DNA of 64,000 bases. Source: Azolla caroliniana. Lineage: Eukaryota > Plantae > Polypodiophyta. Under the pieces are notes generated by a model, which did no database searches, had not been told where the DNA came from, and saw only the letters and a program-made list of their open reading frames with translations. How positions within the stretch are numbered: position 1 is the first letter of the stretch; each line of letters begins with the position of its first letter. Positions 41,052-54,420 of this stretch are shown one piece after another. Position numbers and translations under genes: made by a program. The DNA is taken from positions 25,420,001 to 25,484,000 of the forward strand of contig JBHGNT010000004.1 of assembly GCA_043228905.1 (NCBI GenBank), in the 5' to 3' direction.

Positions 41052-42509
41052 CCCCCCCCCCCCCCCATTAGACATTAATTAAGGTTTTTAACTAGGCAAG
41101 CATTAGGTGATTGACAAAAGTGGGAGGAGAAAGAGTTGATCATTTGGTAACCATTGATCAACCAAGCTAGTGTCTTCTATAATTTCTACCTTTGTGCCTA
41201 AACTATTTTTAGGACCTAATATAACAATCTACGTGTCCAACAGCAACTAGATGAGGCAGCTCCCACCCTCTCCATTCAGTTTGTAATGAACTCTCCCTCT
41301 ATTTATCGATGTAGAGTCCTATAACCAACATCGTCAATTATAACGCACAATAACACTTGATGATCATGTTGAACCACTTGTACTATGGCCAACATTAGTA
41401 ATGATGTTCAAAAGCAGTTATTAGCACTAAAACAACTGAAAATTAGCACTAAATGTGCCATGCTCTTTTGCCCAATGCTCCCAAAGACCATGGCTCACTA
41501 CTGAACCGACCTTCCACCATATGTACTTTGTCAAGCGAGTGACCACACCATGAATCGACATGTGTATAATGCACTTGCCACCTAGTAGATGTCTGATCAA
41601 AGTGAGTGCCATGACCTTACAGCCTTTTCACAATGACACCTATGGTAACCTACACCTTGCCTACAATAGTGACTACTACAATCGAGACATGTTTACATAA
41701 ACACAAAGAATAGATTTTAAACCCTGACATAAGGTGGACTACAGTGATTAATGCCCCGTTTATGCCACAATTGATTCATTTGTTGGTTCAGAGCAACATC
41801 CGTGGAGAAATAGAGCTCAAGCATTATGGCAACAATGGAAGAAGACCCCCCGAGTATGTTATAGACTACTAAAAATATATGGATGAAGGGGTTTGCAGCA
41901 TTCATCGAAGGAATGCCAAAGCAAGCAGAATATGATCGCAAAAAAAGACTTGGAGATGACAAGAGTTGTAAGTGAGCACATTGGCAAAAAAGAAGATCAA
42001 GAAACCTTCAAGCTAGCTATGTCTTTTAATGATATGAAAGATGAGAGTAGAGGCTTGAAGATTACAAGGTTCATAGCTGAAGATGCAAAAGATGTCTTCT
42101 AGTGATGCAAAAGAGGCAAGACGAGACTACAAGATGAAAAGAGCCGTACGTGTACGTATAATTTGGCAGACAGGAAGACAAACTGAAGGGAAAAATACAA
42201 AAGAATGAAAGAAGAAAAGAATAATAAAGACAAAGACGAGAAGGACAAAGAGCAAGAGAGTCTCAAGGAAGCAAAGGAAGACAGGGAAAGTGCAATGGAT
42301 GTATGATGAGAGTGTCAATATATACATATAGAAAGAGCACATTCAACAACATGAAACAGGTGCCATAATGATCAACAAAAGAGGAAATAAAAAATCAGCG
42401 AATGAAGATGGTAATCATCTGATTTATGTTTTATGTTTTATGAAGATGGTAATCATCTGATTTATAATGAAACATCTACCACATCGAGAGAACAAGGGCT
42501 TATGCTTTA

Positions 42510-45500
42510 TGTTACAAATGGCAGCGCTGATTCGTGAGGCTGCAAACAGAAGCATAAGCGTTAAATTGGTTATACATCCCATTTTGAACCAAATCGTATA
42601 ACTCACTATTCCAGCAACGTAATTTGGTGCGGAGATTCATAACAAGCTGAGGCACGTTCAAAGTAGTGATCTTTGTGAAGAGCAGAAACATGAAAAATGA
42701 CGGGCAAAATAGGGAAGAAAAAACAAAACTTGAGCAACCGTTACTACCTTTTCATTACATATCATTGATATACATATTTTCTTTTAATGTTCTTCCATAT
42801 CATAAAAGTTACTAATTACATGATACCAAATACTAGGTAGAAACTGATAAGTTGACCTTAAATCTGAACATTCCCTCTTAAGCTCAAAATGTACATCATT
42901 CCACTAACTATCAACAACCGTTTCTGCTAGTCCCATCTTTTTCTTTTTTAGCCCAAACTTTTTCACAATTCATGCTTATCAACACTTGATGCCTTTGTAA
43001 CTAAGCTAAAATCAGTTCGTCACGTATACGTATCCTCTTACAAATCACAATGTAACAACGTATTTTTACATTCATATGATGTAAAAATCAATTTCCTTTT
43101 CATGCAATTGCAAATAAAGTTTTAACAATTACCATTTTTGCAACAGGTGCAACCATTTCATCATAGCCAAAGCCTTGGATTTGCGCATACCCTTCTGAAA
43201 CTAATCTTGCTTTGTATCCACTTACGCTACCATCCAAATTATGTTCTGTTTCATAAAACCCTTTACAACCAAAAGACATTTTTACTTTCAGGTAATCTTA
43301 CCAGTTTCTTTGTATCATTTTCTTTGAGATCATCTATTTCTTCAACCATTGCGTTGATCCATTTTGGTTCTATCCTTGCTTCTTCCAAGCATGTAGGCTC
43401 AAGTGCATTTACAACATTAGCCGTATAAGCAGGATATTGGACCATGCACCACCCATCAGCACAATACCTCTGAACAATGTTTTTCACTCGTGTCCAGATC
43501 CTCATTTTCTCTATGGCTGCTTCGATAGCTTCCTGTACACCAGGCCTTTTTCTATGTCCTGAACCAAAGTTCCCATCTAGTCAGGTATCTGAATCGTCAT
43601 CATCTATATTCCTGGAGCATTTTTCAGTCCGATTTTCTGATACATCATATTCATGAATTTTTGTTCTCACCTTTATCCGTTGCATTCAAATGAGTTTGAT
43701 GCTGCAATTTCCCACTCCATGAATTGGTTTACAGCTGGCTGCTTGATGCACCAGTATTGTCTTTGTATTTTGGTAAGGTAGTCCATCGAATTTCCAAGCC
43801 TGGTTTTGGGCTGTACCATGTGCTTATTCCATCAATTTTTACATTTCTACTTACCACAATTTATTTACAAATAGGGTTATAGCATCTTGCCTCTTTTGGT
43901 ACATGTACATATTCCAAATCTAAATCTTTTAATACGTGAAATATCACGTTTCTTACCATAAAACCTTTCATGTGGAATCACTTCAAGCAATCCTTCTGAT
44001 ATGCATCGTGAGAATGTATACAGTCGCATTTACAGCCTCTGCCCATTAACATTATGGCGCTTGCAATGCCTGAAATGGGTTCTATGCTTTCTCTGTAACT
44101 CTATTTTGTTCTGGAGTACACTAAGTGTAAATTTTCGTCTCATACTGTATCTGCATCCAAAATCAGAAAACTCTTTGGAGATGTATTCTCCTCCATCATC
44201 CTCTGCATTTTATACAGTTGCCTGACTATTATACTACTAAGCCTTTCAATTTTCTAAAACAGTCAAACTTCATTTTTTTCTTTCATAAGATGAATACATG
44301 TCTTTCTTCAGCAATCATCAATAACAGTTACATACAATCCACATCCACTTATTGAAGCATTCTTTGCCATACCCTATACATTGGCAGATCTCTACTTACA
44401 TATCTCTCATGTGGAAATGACAGCCTGCTTTGCTTACCAAACTGACATCATTCATAAACTTTAGATATCTCACATACCTTTAGGCGTGGTAATCCAGATA
44501 TACAAACCTTCATCGATGTATTTTTGTTTTTTGCATACTTATAAGCCTTATCCTTTTGTGCCGTGATTTAATATCTGAAATTACATCAGATCTGCTAGCA
44601 AACATAGCAACAGTTATTTGTGCCATGTCAACATCCAATACAAACATGCTACCTTGCCTGTTACCTCTTGCAATGAGTTTGCCATGTTTTTCTATAAAGC
44701 CTCCCCCTTGATTAAACTGCAGTCGCATTCCTTGTTCTACCATCTGCCCAACTGAAACTAGATTTTTTACAATGTTAGGGACATGCAATACATTCTTCAT
44801 ATATTTAGCTTCACCTTATTCTTTCCATATTGGTACTTCACCAACATGCTCAATTGAGTGGGCTGTATTATCTCCTGTCTCCACATAACCAGGTGCGTCT
44901 GATTTCTGCATTTCCTCAACCATTAACTGTGCTCTATCATGTGCTTACAGGCACCTGAATCTACACACCATTTATTATCTTTACCTCTACTTACATTTTT
45001 TGTCGTGCATGTTAATTGCATGTCGCATAACAAATGCTCCACTACTTTTCTTCTTTCACAACTTGTAGATGCATAATTTTTCTGTTGTCCTCTTACTTAG
45101 TTTTCATTATACTATCTCTTCTAGAATTCTGTTTGTGCATGACCTGTTTTTCGCAGTACCCAGAACCATCATCATTAGAAAAAAATATTATCATTCCTGC
45201 CTCTAGCTCGGTTGCTCTGTTGGCAACTTGAATTGTTCCTCCAGTATTCATCTGCATACTTTGACCTCTGCCTTGTTGGCTATATCTGCCACTCGAGGCG
45301 AATCTCCCATGGCCTTTACTTCTTCCTTTACCTGTATTAATATATAAATCATGATTAAAGCATGATTGTCTCCATCTGACTTCCCTTTATTAGTTTTTTT
45401 TTTAAATTTCTTTGTTCCACAATTTGCATAGAAACCAAATCAGCAAAATTTGGGAGGGTTTCCCAATATTAAAATAGATATTTTGAAACTTTTATATTGA

Positions 45501-46070
45501 ATCCCTAAACCCCTTACACATGCTTCCATTTAATATTCTCTAAATTGCTTTGATTTGAACAGGGGTCTCTTCGATAGCTTTGATTTGAGCTACGGTTGGT
45601 TTGCTCTCAGACAACTCTGGAGCCTCTTAATATTCTCCTCAGATGTATTCGCAATATCATTTTCCTTTTGTGCTACGTTTGGGTTGCTCCCAGACAACTC
45701 TGGAGCCTCTTAATATTCTCTTCCGATGTACTCACAATATCCTTTTCCCATAAGGAAGCCTATCATTCTTAACTTCCTGACCCCCGGAAAATAGCTTTTA
45801 TCCAGCTTCTCTGAGATCATTTGATTTTCATTGTCACTAGCCATCTCTTTCCTTTTCTTCTGCTAAGAAAACACTGGAATAGCTCTGCTATTCCTGTCTG
45901 TCTCTTGCACCACTTCTATCAAGCATTTTCTTAATTCAATGTAACCAAGAAAGACTTCCAAATACCTGTTGGAGTTGCCAGAATCCTTTAGAAGACTTGA
46001 TGGAATCTGACAAAACCTTTACGGGCTTTCATATCATGTTATGAATGGCAGAGCCAATTCATGAAACCAT
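42510..46070 (-). mobile_element. Decayed Ty1/Copia retrotransposon with a 3' LTR (~42510-42869), PPT, deleted pol, PBS and a 5' LTR stub
   Basis: PBS-like TGATATGAAAGCC (cf. tRNA-Met TGGTATCAGAGCC) at 46024-46036 next to ...AACA. Protease WCVDSGA, NVLHVPNIVKNLVSVGQ, integrase remnants and EPTCLEEA..WINAM. A purine tract precedes TGTTCAG at 42869. The LTR ends at 42510 and 46037 are similar. Confidence 0.8.
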
Positions 46071-46679
46071 AAAACTCCTGAAATCTATATATACATATGT
46101 TCCATGTCCCTAAAATCAAATAGGACATGGAAGTATATATATATATGTACATGGAACATATATGTTCCATATACGTACAATCTATGTATGCATATACGTT
46201 CCATGTATGTATTCTCTATGGATCCATGAACGTATGTCAATCCTAAAACCCTAAAACGAGAGTGTGTATATGTTCCATAAACCCTAAAATCAGAGGAAAA
46301 TTTACCCTAAGCACAGGGAGGCACCCGAATTATGTATCTTTTCCTGAATCACCCAAATCCCCGACGTCACTAGCGACATCAGTATGTTCTGTAATGTGTC
46401 GGATTTTGAGCACTATAGACGATGGGAAATATCCAAATTCATGTTGTGTCTGTCCAACATTTCTACAATTTTAAGTGTACCATGTATTAAGGCAGGCTAA
46501 GAGAGCCCTACTACAAGGGTGAAGTCGAAAGCATTAGTTTCCATAGTTGAAGGCTTGGACAGATTGCGATATTGTACTGGAGTTGGGGTACTTGTTGAGG
46601 GCTTGAAATATGGCTTTGTCTTGTGGGGGTTCATTTGAGCAAGTGGACCTTTCATTTTGAGGTGTTAAGAAAGGTAACT

Positions 46680-47260
46680 ATCAACTTAGATAATTACTTG
46701 GGTGTCGAGTAAAACCACTCTACCTAGTCAAAAATCTGCCTATAAAATATTCCTTTGCCCCATATGGCATGAAACTCCAATCATTGTAACTTTGCCCATT
46801 GAGTATTACCTTTTATATTTGCCACAAAAAACCTCTGAGATTATGCACAATCTTTGTCCAAGTCCCAGGAATTAACTAAAAAGGTCTTTCAGTTGCATTT
46901 TGGAATATACCTTCAAGCACTTGTATTTCCAAAGGTCTATACCAAATTGTGATACTACTTATCAAATTGGCATGTTCCGGGTTTAGATTATTTGCATCAA
47001 ACCATGTTTCATAGAAAGAGCATCTACAACATCCTCCTTTTCATATATTTTTGTCTTGATGTAGTTCTTTGTGAGTGATATGATTTTGATTTTCTTGAAA
47101 TGGCTCCTCTAGACTTGTCTCCATTGAGCATGTTGATGTGATCTCGTTCGTTTTTGTATGCACTTATGGAAAACAAAAAAACCCAACTCACTGCCCATTT
47201 TACCAAAAAGGGGTTTGAATAAGGCCTACTTTTTTCAGATAGATGTTCATCCTTCACCTT
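46680..47260 (-). mobile_element. LINE fragment, same family as 18780-19960
   Basis: Shares a nucleotide block with 18940-18995, and has Trp-rich broken frames. Confidence 0.55.
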
Positions 47261-48524
47261 AGATAATTTATCTCATCAATCAAACCTGATGTCTCCAACA
47301 GTCGTGAGCCACGTTATTGGCAATGATGGAGATTATAATATCATTAGTATTATCAGAGAATAGGTAAAGTCTCGAAGGTATTTATGCGACTAGGGGAGAA
47401 CAACAATATAACATACTTAGACCTATCCATTCAAACCATGAGCAATAAGTTTATTTGATTGGTTCAACCTATAGAATTTTTCTTCATATATACAAGTCCA
47501 TTTCTGTTTATGATTTTATAGCATTTCTTCAAGGTTCTATTTTCCATGAAAATCCTTCTTATTTCATCATTGAGATCACCTCCACAAATAGTTTGCTTCC
47601 CTCATAGGCTTGAAAACAACTATACTTTGACAATGGTGTCCCCACTATGTGTTAGATATAATCAATGATCAACCCCAAGTTGTAAATCTACCCCCATATG
47701 TGCTCTTAGAGTGCACATTTTGTGATAGCGCCGCAAATGAGGAGCGACTAGTGTGCAACTCGACCATATGGGTCAATAAGGTGTTAATCTAGGAAACCGT
47801 AGATGTGTAGGACATAATGGATTTAGGAAAGAACGAAATAGGTAATAGGATTGGCTAATCAAGTTAACTAGAATATTTTGTGGGCAAGTTACAATGTACT
47901 TAGTCTTGAAGTATGTGTCATTGACTTCAAGATAAGTACTATCTAGCACTAGCGTATATCTAGGGAGTTGGGTCATATTAAATGACAAGTCAGTTGATAG
48001 AAAAGGAATATCTCCACTACTATCAACTGACATGCACATTTAATGTTACACTCAAGCCAAACAGAGAATATAATCCACTCTCTTACACATTGGTGTATTG
48101 ATCATCAATCCCCACTAATTTTGTAGTGAGTTGGTCCAGATCCAATCTAAGCTCTAAGGTGTGAGTGCATGGGTGAACTACTATTGTGAGCTAGTCTCAC
48201 ATGTAAAAGAAGTTTTGTTTTTTCATATATCTATCTTTGTGGTTGTAACTCTATATACCTATCTAATCGATTCTCAATATTTCTAACACTATGCACACAA
48301 AATAAGGTCATGCCGATCAAGATCAATCAACTGACACATACACATTGATCACTCAACTGACTCACACACTCTTACAAGTAGTAAGACTTTTTTTATCTTG
48401 GATTAATATTGGTTGGGAATATCCTTAACTAGACCCTTGCCCAAGAGAGCTAGAATTCATCATTTTCAAATGAGCATTCTTATATAACTTATGTAGCATG
48501 CCAAGCAAAATCATATGTAGGTCC

Positions 48525-49493
48525 TTAAACAATCATCATGGCCAGTGAGTTATTTTGTGCTTTGGCGGCCTCACATTGCGTTTCGCGATGCCATTTCCAT
48601 CGCAGGAAGATGAAGGCAATGACCACAAACAACCAATACGAGATGTATGCTCCCAAAGTCCCCTGGGTGGCTTCGTTACGCCATCCCACCAATGTATTCA
48701 ACAATGCCCATATGTTGTTGCCGCGTTCGTTACAACAATCAAGCTTCCACACAAATGTCTCCTTCTCCGTGAACTCCTCAAACTTGTGCACCGAGCCGAC
48801 AAACAACCCCGCCGCAATCACAAGCAAAAGCACCGTCGCCACATTGAGAAAGTACTTGAATGCTGTCCGATTTGCTCCCTTGTAGAGGAAGTAGCCCACG
48901 GCGATTCCACAGAAGGCTCCGACAACCACGGGGACGGGGTACTCAGTGCCTGAACCGTCGAGCCCGATCCCTCCCAAGAAGATCACCGCCTCCACGCCTT
49001 CTCGCAACACCACAGTGAATGGGATGAAGAAGAGTGTGTACTTCCTTTTCTTGATCGATGCGAGACCCTCAGCAGCATCCTCATCCACCACGGCTCGCAA
49101 CGCGTGTTCGGACGAGAGCGCGTCCACGGTGACCTTGGTGAGCTTCTTCTCCCATTTCTCCCTCCATGTGTCCACCCGGATCATGGAGAGGGCCATGAGG
49201 GTGCTGAGCCCGGAGGAGATGAGGCCGAGGATGCCTTCCCAGATGGCTTCGGCCTCGTCCCATGCCTCCTTAGCGATGGTGTAGTAGAGCGTGAGAAAGA
49301 CGGTGGCGACTATGAGGCAGAGGGCGAGGCCGAGGCCGACCCCGAGCCAGACCTGGCGCTTCATGCGGTTGCAGGAGGCGCCTTCGGGGACCAGCTTGTT
49401 GATGAGGGCCAACATGACTGAGAGGATGATGGATGCCTCGAGGGTCTCGCGGAAGACGATGAAGAAGGCTGGGACACTGAAGATCTCCACCAT
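48525..49493 (-). CDS. FTR1: High-affinity iron permease, FTR1 family (fungal type), copy B, 322 aa, intronless
   Basis: FSVPAFFIVFRETLEASII and LREGVEAVIFLGG (both REXXE motifs intact), WREKWEKKL, VWKLDCC and LVGWRNEATQGT. Collinear with and highly similar to copy A. Confidence 0.95.
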   Translation of the reverse strand: MVEIFSVPAFFIVFRETLEASIILSVMLALINKLVPEGASCNRMKRQVWLGVGLGLALCLIVATVFLTLYYTIAKEAWDEAEAIWEGILGLISSGLSTLMALSMIRVDTWREKWEKKLTKVTVDALSSEHALRAVVDEDAAEGLASIKKRKYTLFFIPFTVVLREGVEAVIFLGGIGLDGSGTEYPVPVVVGAFCGIAVGYFLYKGANRTAFKYFLNVATVLLLVIAAGLFVGSVHKFEEFTEKETFVWKLDCCNERGNNIWALLNTLVGWRNEATQGTLGAYISYWLFVVIAFIFLRWKWHRETQCEAAKAQNNSLAMMIV

Positions 49494-49560
49494 CTTTGAT
49501 AGGGAGGAAAGAAGCTCCTTGGAGTTGGAGGGATGGATGAATTATGAGTAGGGAGCTGAC

Positions 49561-49567
49561 TTTTATA
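49561..49567 (-). promoter_or_regulatory. Putative TATA box of FTR1 copy B
   Basis: TATAAAA on the minus strand about 70 bp upstream of the ATG at 49493. Confidence 0.55.
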
Positions 49568-51689
49568 TTTGAGCCTACGTTGACTATTAAGGCACTAAAG
49601 AAAGTGACATGAGGTAGGGTCAAGGGGGAGGCGTGTTGCAAATGGTTTCCTACAAACAACAACTAACTTCCCAAGTCAAGTCTATATAATTTTGGAGCAT
49701 GGGTCTAAGCTAGGTCTCAATATTAGGATTTTGATAACACTAACCAAATGAGTCATTCATGTTTGAGTGAATCTTTGATTCTACGATGAAGTTCTATGTG
49801 TATAGAATCTGGATAGATAGATAGATAGATAGGCTCGTTCACACACATACTTTGACATATGTACACTCAACCACTTCTCTACCTCACCCTACCATACATG
49901 CATGCTCACTTGTATCTATAGATCTCGCCTTGTGGATGACAATGAATGTAGTCGATGCAAAGATTGGCATAAACTAGAGTCTATTGGGAGGATGCGTTTG
50001 TAGACTTGGTTAATCTAACATGATTTGTGTGTGCACCAAGAGCTAGGTAGAAATTCTCAAATTGATTCATTGATTTTCTTATGAGGACTAGAGAGCAACC
50101 AACGATGTTGTCATTTAAAAGAATGCTAACAAAATACAAGTAGTTATGCTCATATAATGCCCTTTATTGTGTTTTCAAGGAAATTATATCTTAAATTAAT
50201 GTTAACATTTTTTTAAGCACCACAAGAAATGAAAATGGTACCCTTTGATGGATACATCAATGCCCAATAATAGAAGATATAATTATGCAAGGTTTGTCCA
50301 AGGGCCAAGTAAAAAGTTTAAGGAAGAATAGAGGTACATGAAAGGTTTTGGAGGCATGACCTCTCGAGTCTCCTCCATAACCGTCACTAATATAAACATC
50401 ATGTGTAACTAATTTAGAGGAGGGATGAGGGGGGAAGATTATCAAGCTATATATTAATTAAGGAATTACTTAAGTTTTAGGGGATTAACTAAGTCAAGTG
50501 ATATTGTTCAGCACGTGATCAACCGATTCGATGTGTTCACTCATTTGTGCTTAAGTTATCCTCATGGCCTAAAAAGCTCGTCTACATGTTCACACCAACA
50601 ATATGGGGTAGCTTGCACCCTCCAATCAATTCATAATCAACTCTCCCTCAACTATTAAGGGTAGTGGGCCACTTACTAAAGGCTTGATGCCTCCACTTTG
50701 CATAAAGAGGTCATAGCATGTACATTTGCGACAACTTTTCTAAACCCCTTATGCCTATGTCATTTTAGTATTTTAGCGATGCTTTAAAAATCAAATTGTC
50801 CCTTGCATTTCATTTCATTAAGAAAACTTTATGATTGCTATCTTCGAATATGTATGTATTACATTTTGCATCATATTCTAGATTCGCTAATCCAATAATC
50901 GACTCAATGTCAGCTGTATTTAGGTCAGTCAAATCATATGCAAATAATATCTTAATGTCTATCCATTAAGTCAACTAGAATATTAATGTCAACTTACCCT
51001 ATACCACCAAGTTATAATTAATGTCAAGTCTATCCATTAAGTCAATTCATCTTTTGTACTTCGCAATTTTATTTCCAATCTTCCATTGTACACTTTGTAC
51101 TTGCACTAAGCTCCAAGCAACATTTGCATGTTTAGATCTTGTTGATCAATAAGATCTTCGTCAAAATTAGATAATATATAGCACAATCCAAATCAATCCC
51201 TGTTAGGCTCCCATTTACATTTAAGAAATTGGTATCATTCTTAAATGAAGAGAAGACTAGACTCTCACATGTGCAAATCTATCCATTGATATTGTTGGCT
51301 TATCATGTAGATGTCTTGTATTTTCGATTTAAAAATAATCTTATCATCTAGTTAACAATTCAAGAAACTTTAGAGTTCACATTGTTGACATTAAATCTTT
51401 CATCCAATTCATAACAGATTTCACTTATACCAATCTCGTCATCATATTTCACTTATAATAACTACATGCATTCTTAAATTTATGTTGTGCACATCATGTT
51501 CTTCATTGACGTTTAATCCATCATATATAGCACAAGGATTATCTTATCTCAATCAAAGCTAGCTTCCATTGGCAGTTATGATTAGGCTTCATAATTAACG
51601 ACACATGTAAAATTTGAGCTTCTTTAAGTACATAATCAATCAAGTCAACACTCCATATATCATTGCAATCTTGCAAGTTTATCAGGTTT

Positions 51690-51770
51690 TCAATCCAGGA
51701 ACATGTCTCTTGGAATGCATTGATTGTAGGATATGTTGAGAATGGGAAATTTGAGGAACTGCTCAATCAA
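51690..51770 (+). pseudogene. Isolated PLS-class PPR motif fragment
   Basis: HVSWNALIVGYVENGKFEE is a typical PPR motif start; no surrounding gene is visible. Confidence 0.55.
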
Positions 51771-51974
51771 TTTCCTCAAACGAAGGATCCATGGCTAGCC
51801 ATTGTCTTACACAAAATGGGCTTGGGAAGGATAGTCGCGTCCTTTCCAACTATTTTGTTTTTTGTAGCCGATATGCCTTTTTAAAACTAATGGAAAGATA
51901 CTTTGTTTAGAAAAAAAAATCGCGTGAGTTTGCAAGAAGCTTCCCAAGCATGAAATTGAGTTTAGACAATATTG

Positions 51975-53205
51975 ATTCTTTTTTTCTTTTCTTTTTTGTC
52001 CAAAAAAAAACACTACTTCGCATTAGCTAGCAAACAATTACATCATAGACCACCAAAAATTCAGCAACCCTCACTCTGGCCTTCTCACCAAAGTGGACAT
52101 AGTTCCCACCTCATTTACAACAAAAGTATCCACAACTCCTATAACCTAGTAATTTGTACCATATCTATACATAGTTACAGCACCTAGGCACTGATGGAAG
52201 CCATTGGGGGAAACAGCCATCGGGGTGCTTGGTAGTTCCATTCAGGCCCTTATGATGATCTGCCTACCATACGAGAACTACCCCATTTTAGCAGGAACTT
52301 TGATTGAGATCTTTCAGTTGCATCAAATTCCCCCTGAATGGAGTCGTACCATCCCCGCAGCCAAGATACCAGCTTGAACCAGATATTTAACAACACCTCA
52401 CCGCTAGAGATCTTTTGCTGTTGAAAAACAAACTTACAACGCCTGGTCCAAATGTGCCAGACTGATAAACAAGCCATCGTCATCCATATCTCTTAAAAAA
52501 ATTCTGAGTTAGTGCCAGGTCGAACTCCAACACGTTGAAACACCTTGCTAGCCTGCACTATAAATCCATGACCATGGGGGTTTAACTATTCAGCCCAACC
52601 TTCCCCTGTTAACTTCAGCTCCTATACGGACCCCCATACCACTCTCCCATTCACACCGCATGCTACCACTATCCTGAGACTTCTACCCCAAATGTTAATA
52701 GCCTCTTCGCAATTCCAAAAACAGTGAGGAATTGATTCCAAAGGGTGTCCACATATCTTGTAGCCAGCCTCACCACCACGACACATGAGCCACTCCCCCA
52801 CCGCTATCACTTTATGACTAAGAAGCCACAACCAAAGCTTTATTTTTTCTGGCATATCGAACTTCCATAGTCTCCTCCAAAACGACTTCAACAAGTTAGC
52901 AAAAATGCCTTTATCCTTCCAACTATTGCGAGTTAGAGAAACACCCATAGATTTGGAGCCAATGATTTGCCTACCTAGGTTAGTAGTGTACTCGAAAAAC
53001 CGTTCCACTTTGTCTGTTCCTAGTTTCTGCCACCACACCTCTAGTGGGTCCCAATCCAACTCACATACAGGCTTGTTGTCAACTATCCAAAGCTTTCAAT
53101 CAGATTCCAGCTTCCCTGGGTCCGGGTTTACTTGCCACTTCTTACCTTCCAACACATGCCACTCGCACTGCCAACCATTGGCCATGACAATATTGATTCT
53201 TACTT
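51975..53205 (-). mobile_element. 5'-truncated LINE (zf-RVT region, poly-A end)
   Basis: FWRRLWKFDMPEKIKLWLWLLSHK...CGHPLESIPHCFWNC and VWHIWTRRCKFVF, with a T-rich tract near 51980-51997. Confidence 0.82.
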
Positions 53206-54002
53206 CATAACAGTATGAGGACAAACCAATTCACTAACACATTCAAATTTACCATTCTATTTAACATTTCACTACAAATCAAAACATAAAATATATCAAA
53301 TGCACGATGTCCTACACCAATCATTCCCTTAGCCCCTATGTTACAAAAAATTGTCTTAGCTACATCACACCCCTTGAGAAACAACAAGCATTCCAATTGG
53401 ATATAAGTCGTGAAACCTTTTCATAAGTAAAACCACAATGTGATAATAAAAGGAATATTTGGTAAATTGTCACACCTTTGCTTTTCATTTACATAGCAAT
53501 AAGCCACATCATCAAATATATACTCATGGACACCTAATAAGAATTTAGTTACCTTCCTCACGACCCTCTTTGTAGTACTTATTGATGATGGCCCATCAAA
53601 ATTTCTACAAACAAAATCGTGTAATCTTGGTTTACCCCACATTTTTATCATCTCAAATATTCGCTGAGATGAGTCCCTAAATCATTTTCCATGGTCGTGT
53701 CGATTAAGGTTTTGTGCAACTTTTGTCATGAAATCGCACTTTTTCTTGCCATCAAATTTTCCTACTTGATGCGCTTCAATAATGTTATTACGATATTATC
53801 AAAAATCTTTTCATTACACACTTTCAAGTCTTGCTTCTTTAAGAGACATTACTCTAGCATTGAAACTTTGCAAGCTAGGCACCATATTTTTCTATGAGCA
53901 CAATGATGGTTAGCAATGAGCATACAATTAGAAAAATCCTTTCTTCTTTTCTTTCGAGTAATATAATCAAGGCACTATGTCATTTGTTGGTTCATTGGTT
54001 AA

Positions 54003-54420
54003 CTCTTTTTACTTTAACTCATACTAAAATCATTACATTTTGGAACATCATTATAATTTTCACAAATATGATCCTTGTTATTCTCTTAGACTCAACATGG
54101 GGAAAAAACATAATACACGCTTGCATCTCATACTCAAAAACAACGCTGGTGTAAAGTTCACAAGACCAACAATCCACATTTTTTTATCGATAAACAAAGA
54201 TTTACTTTTTACTTTAACTCGTACTAACATCATTACATTTTGGGACATCCTTATAATTTTCACAAATATGATTCTAAAAGGGTTTTCCGATTCTTGATAT
54301 TCTCTTTGACTCAACATGGGGAAAAAATATAATACACTCTTGCATCTTATACTTCACAAACAACTTTGGTGTAGGGTTCACTAGACCAATACTCCACAAT
54401 TTAGATCAATAAACAAAGAT
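54003..54420 (+). repeat. Two-copy ~200-bp tandem duplication
   Basis: ctttttactttaactc.tactaa.atcattacattttgg.acatc.ttataattttcacaaatatgat...aaacaaagattt occurs twice. Confidence 0.85.
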
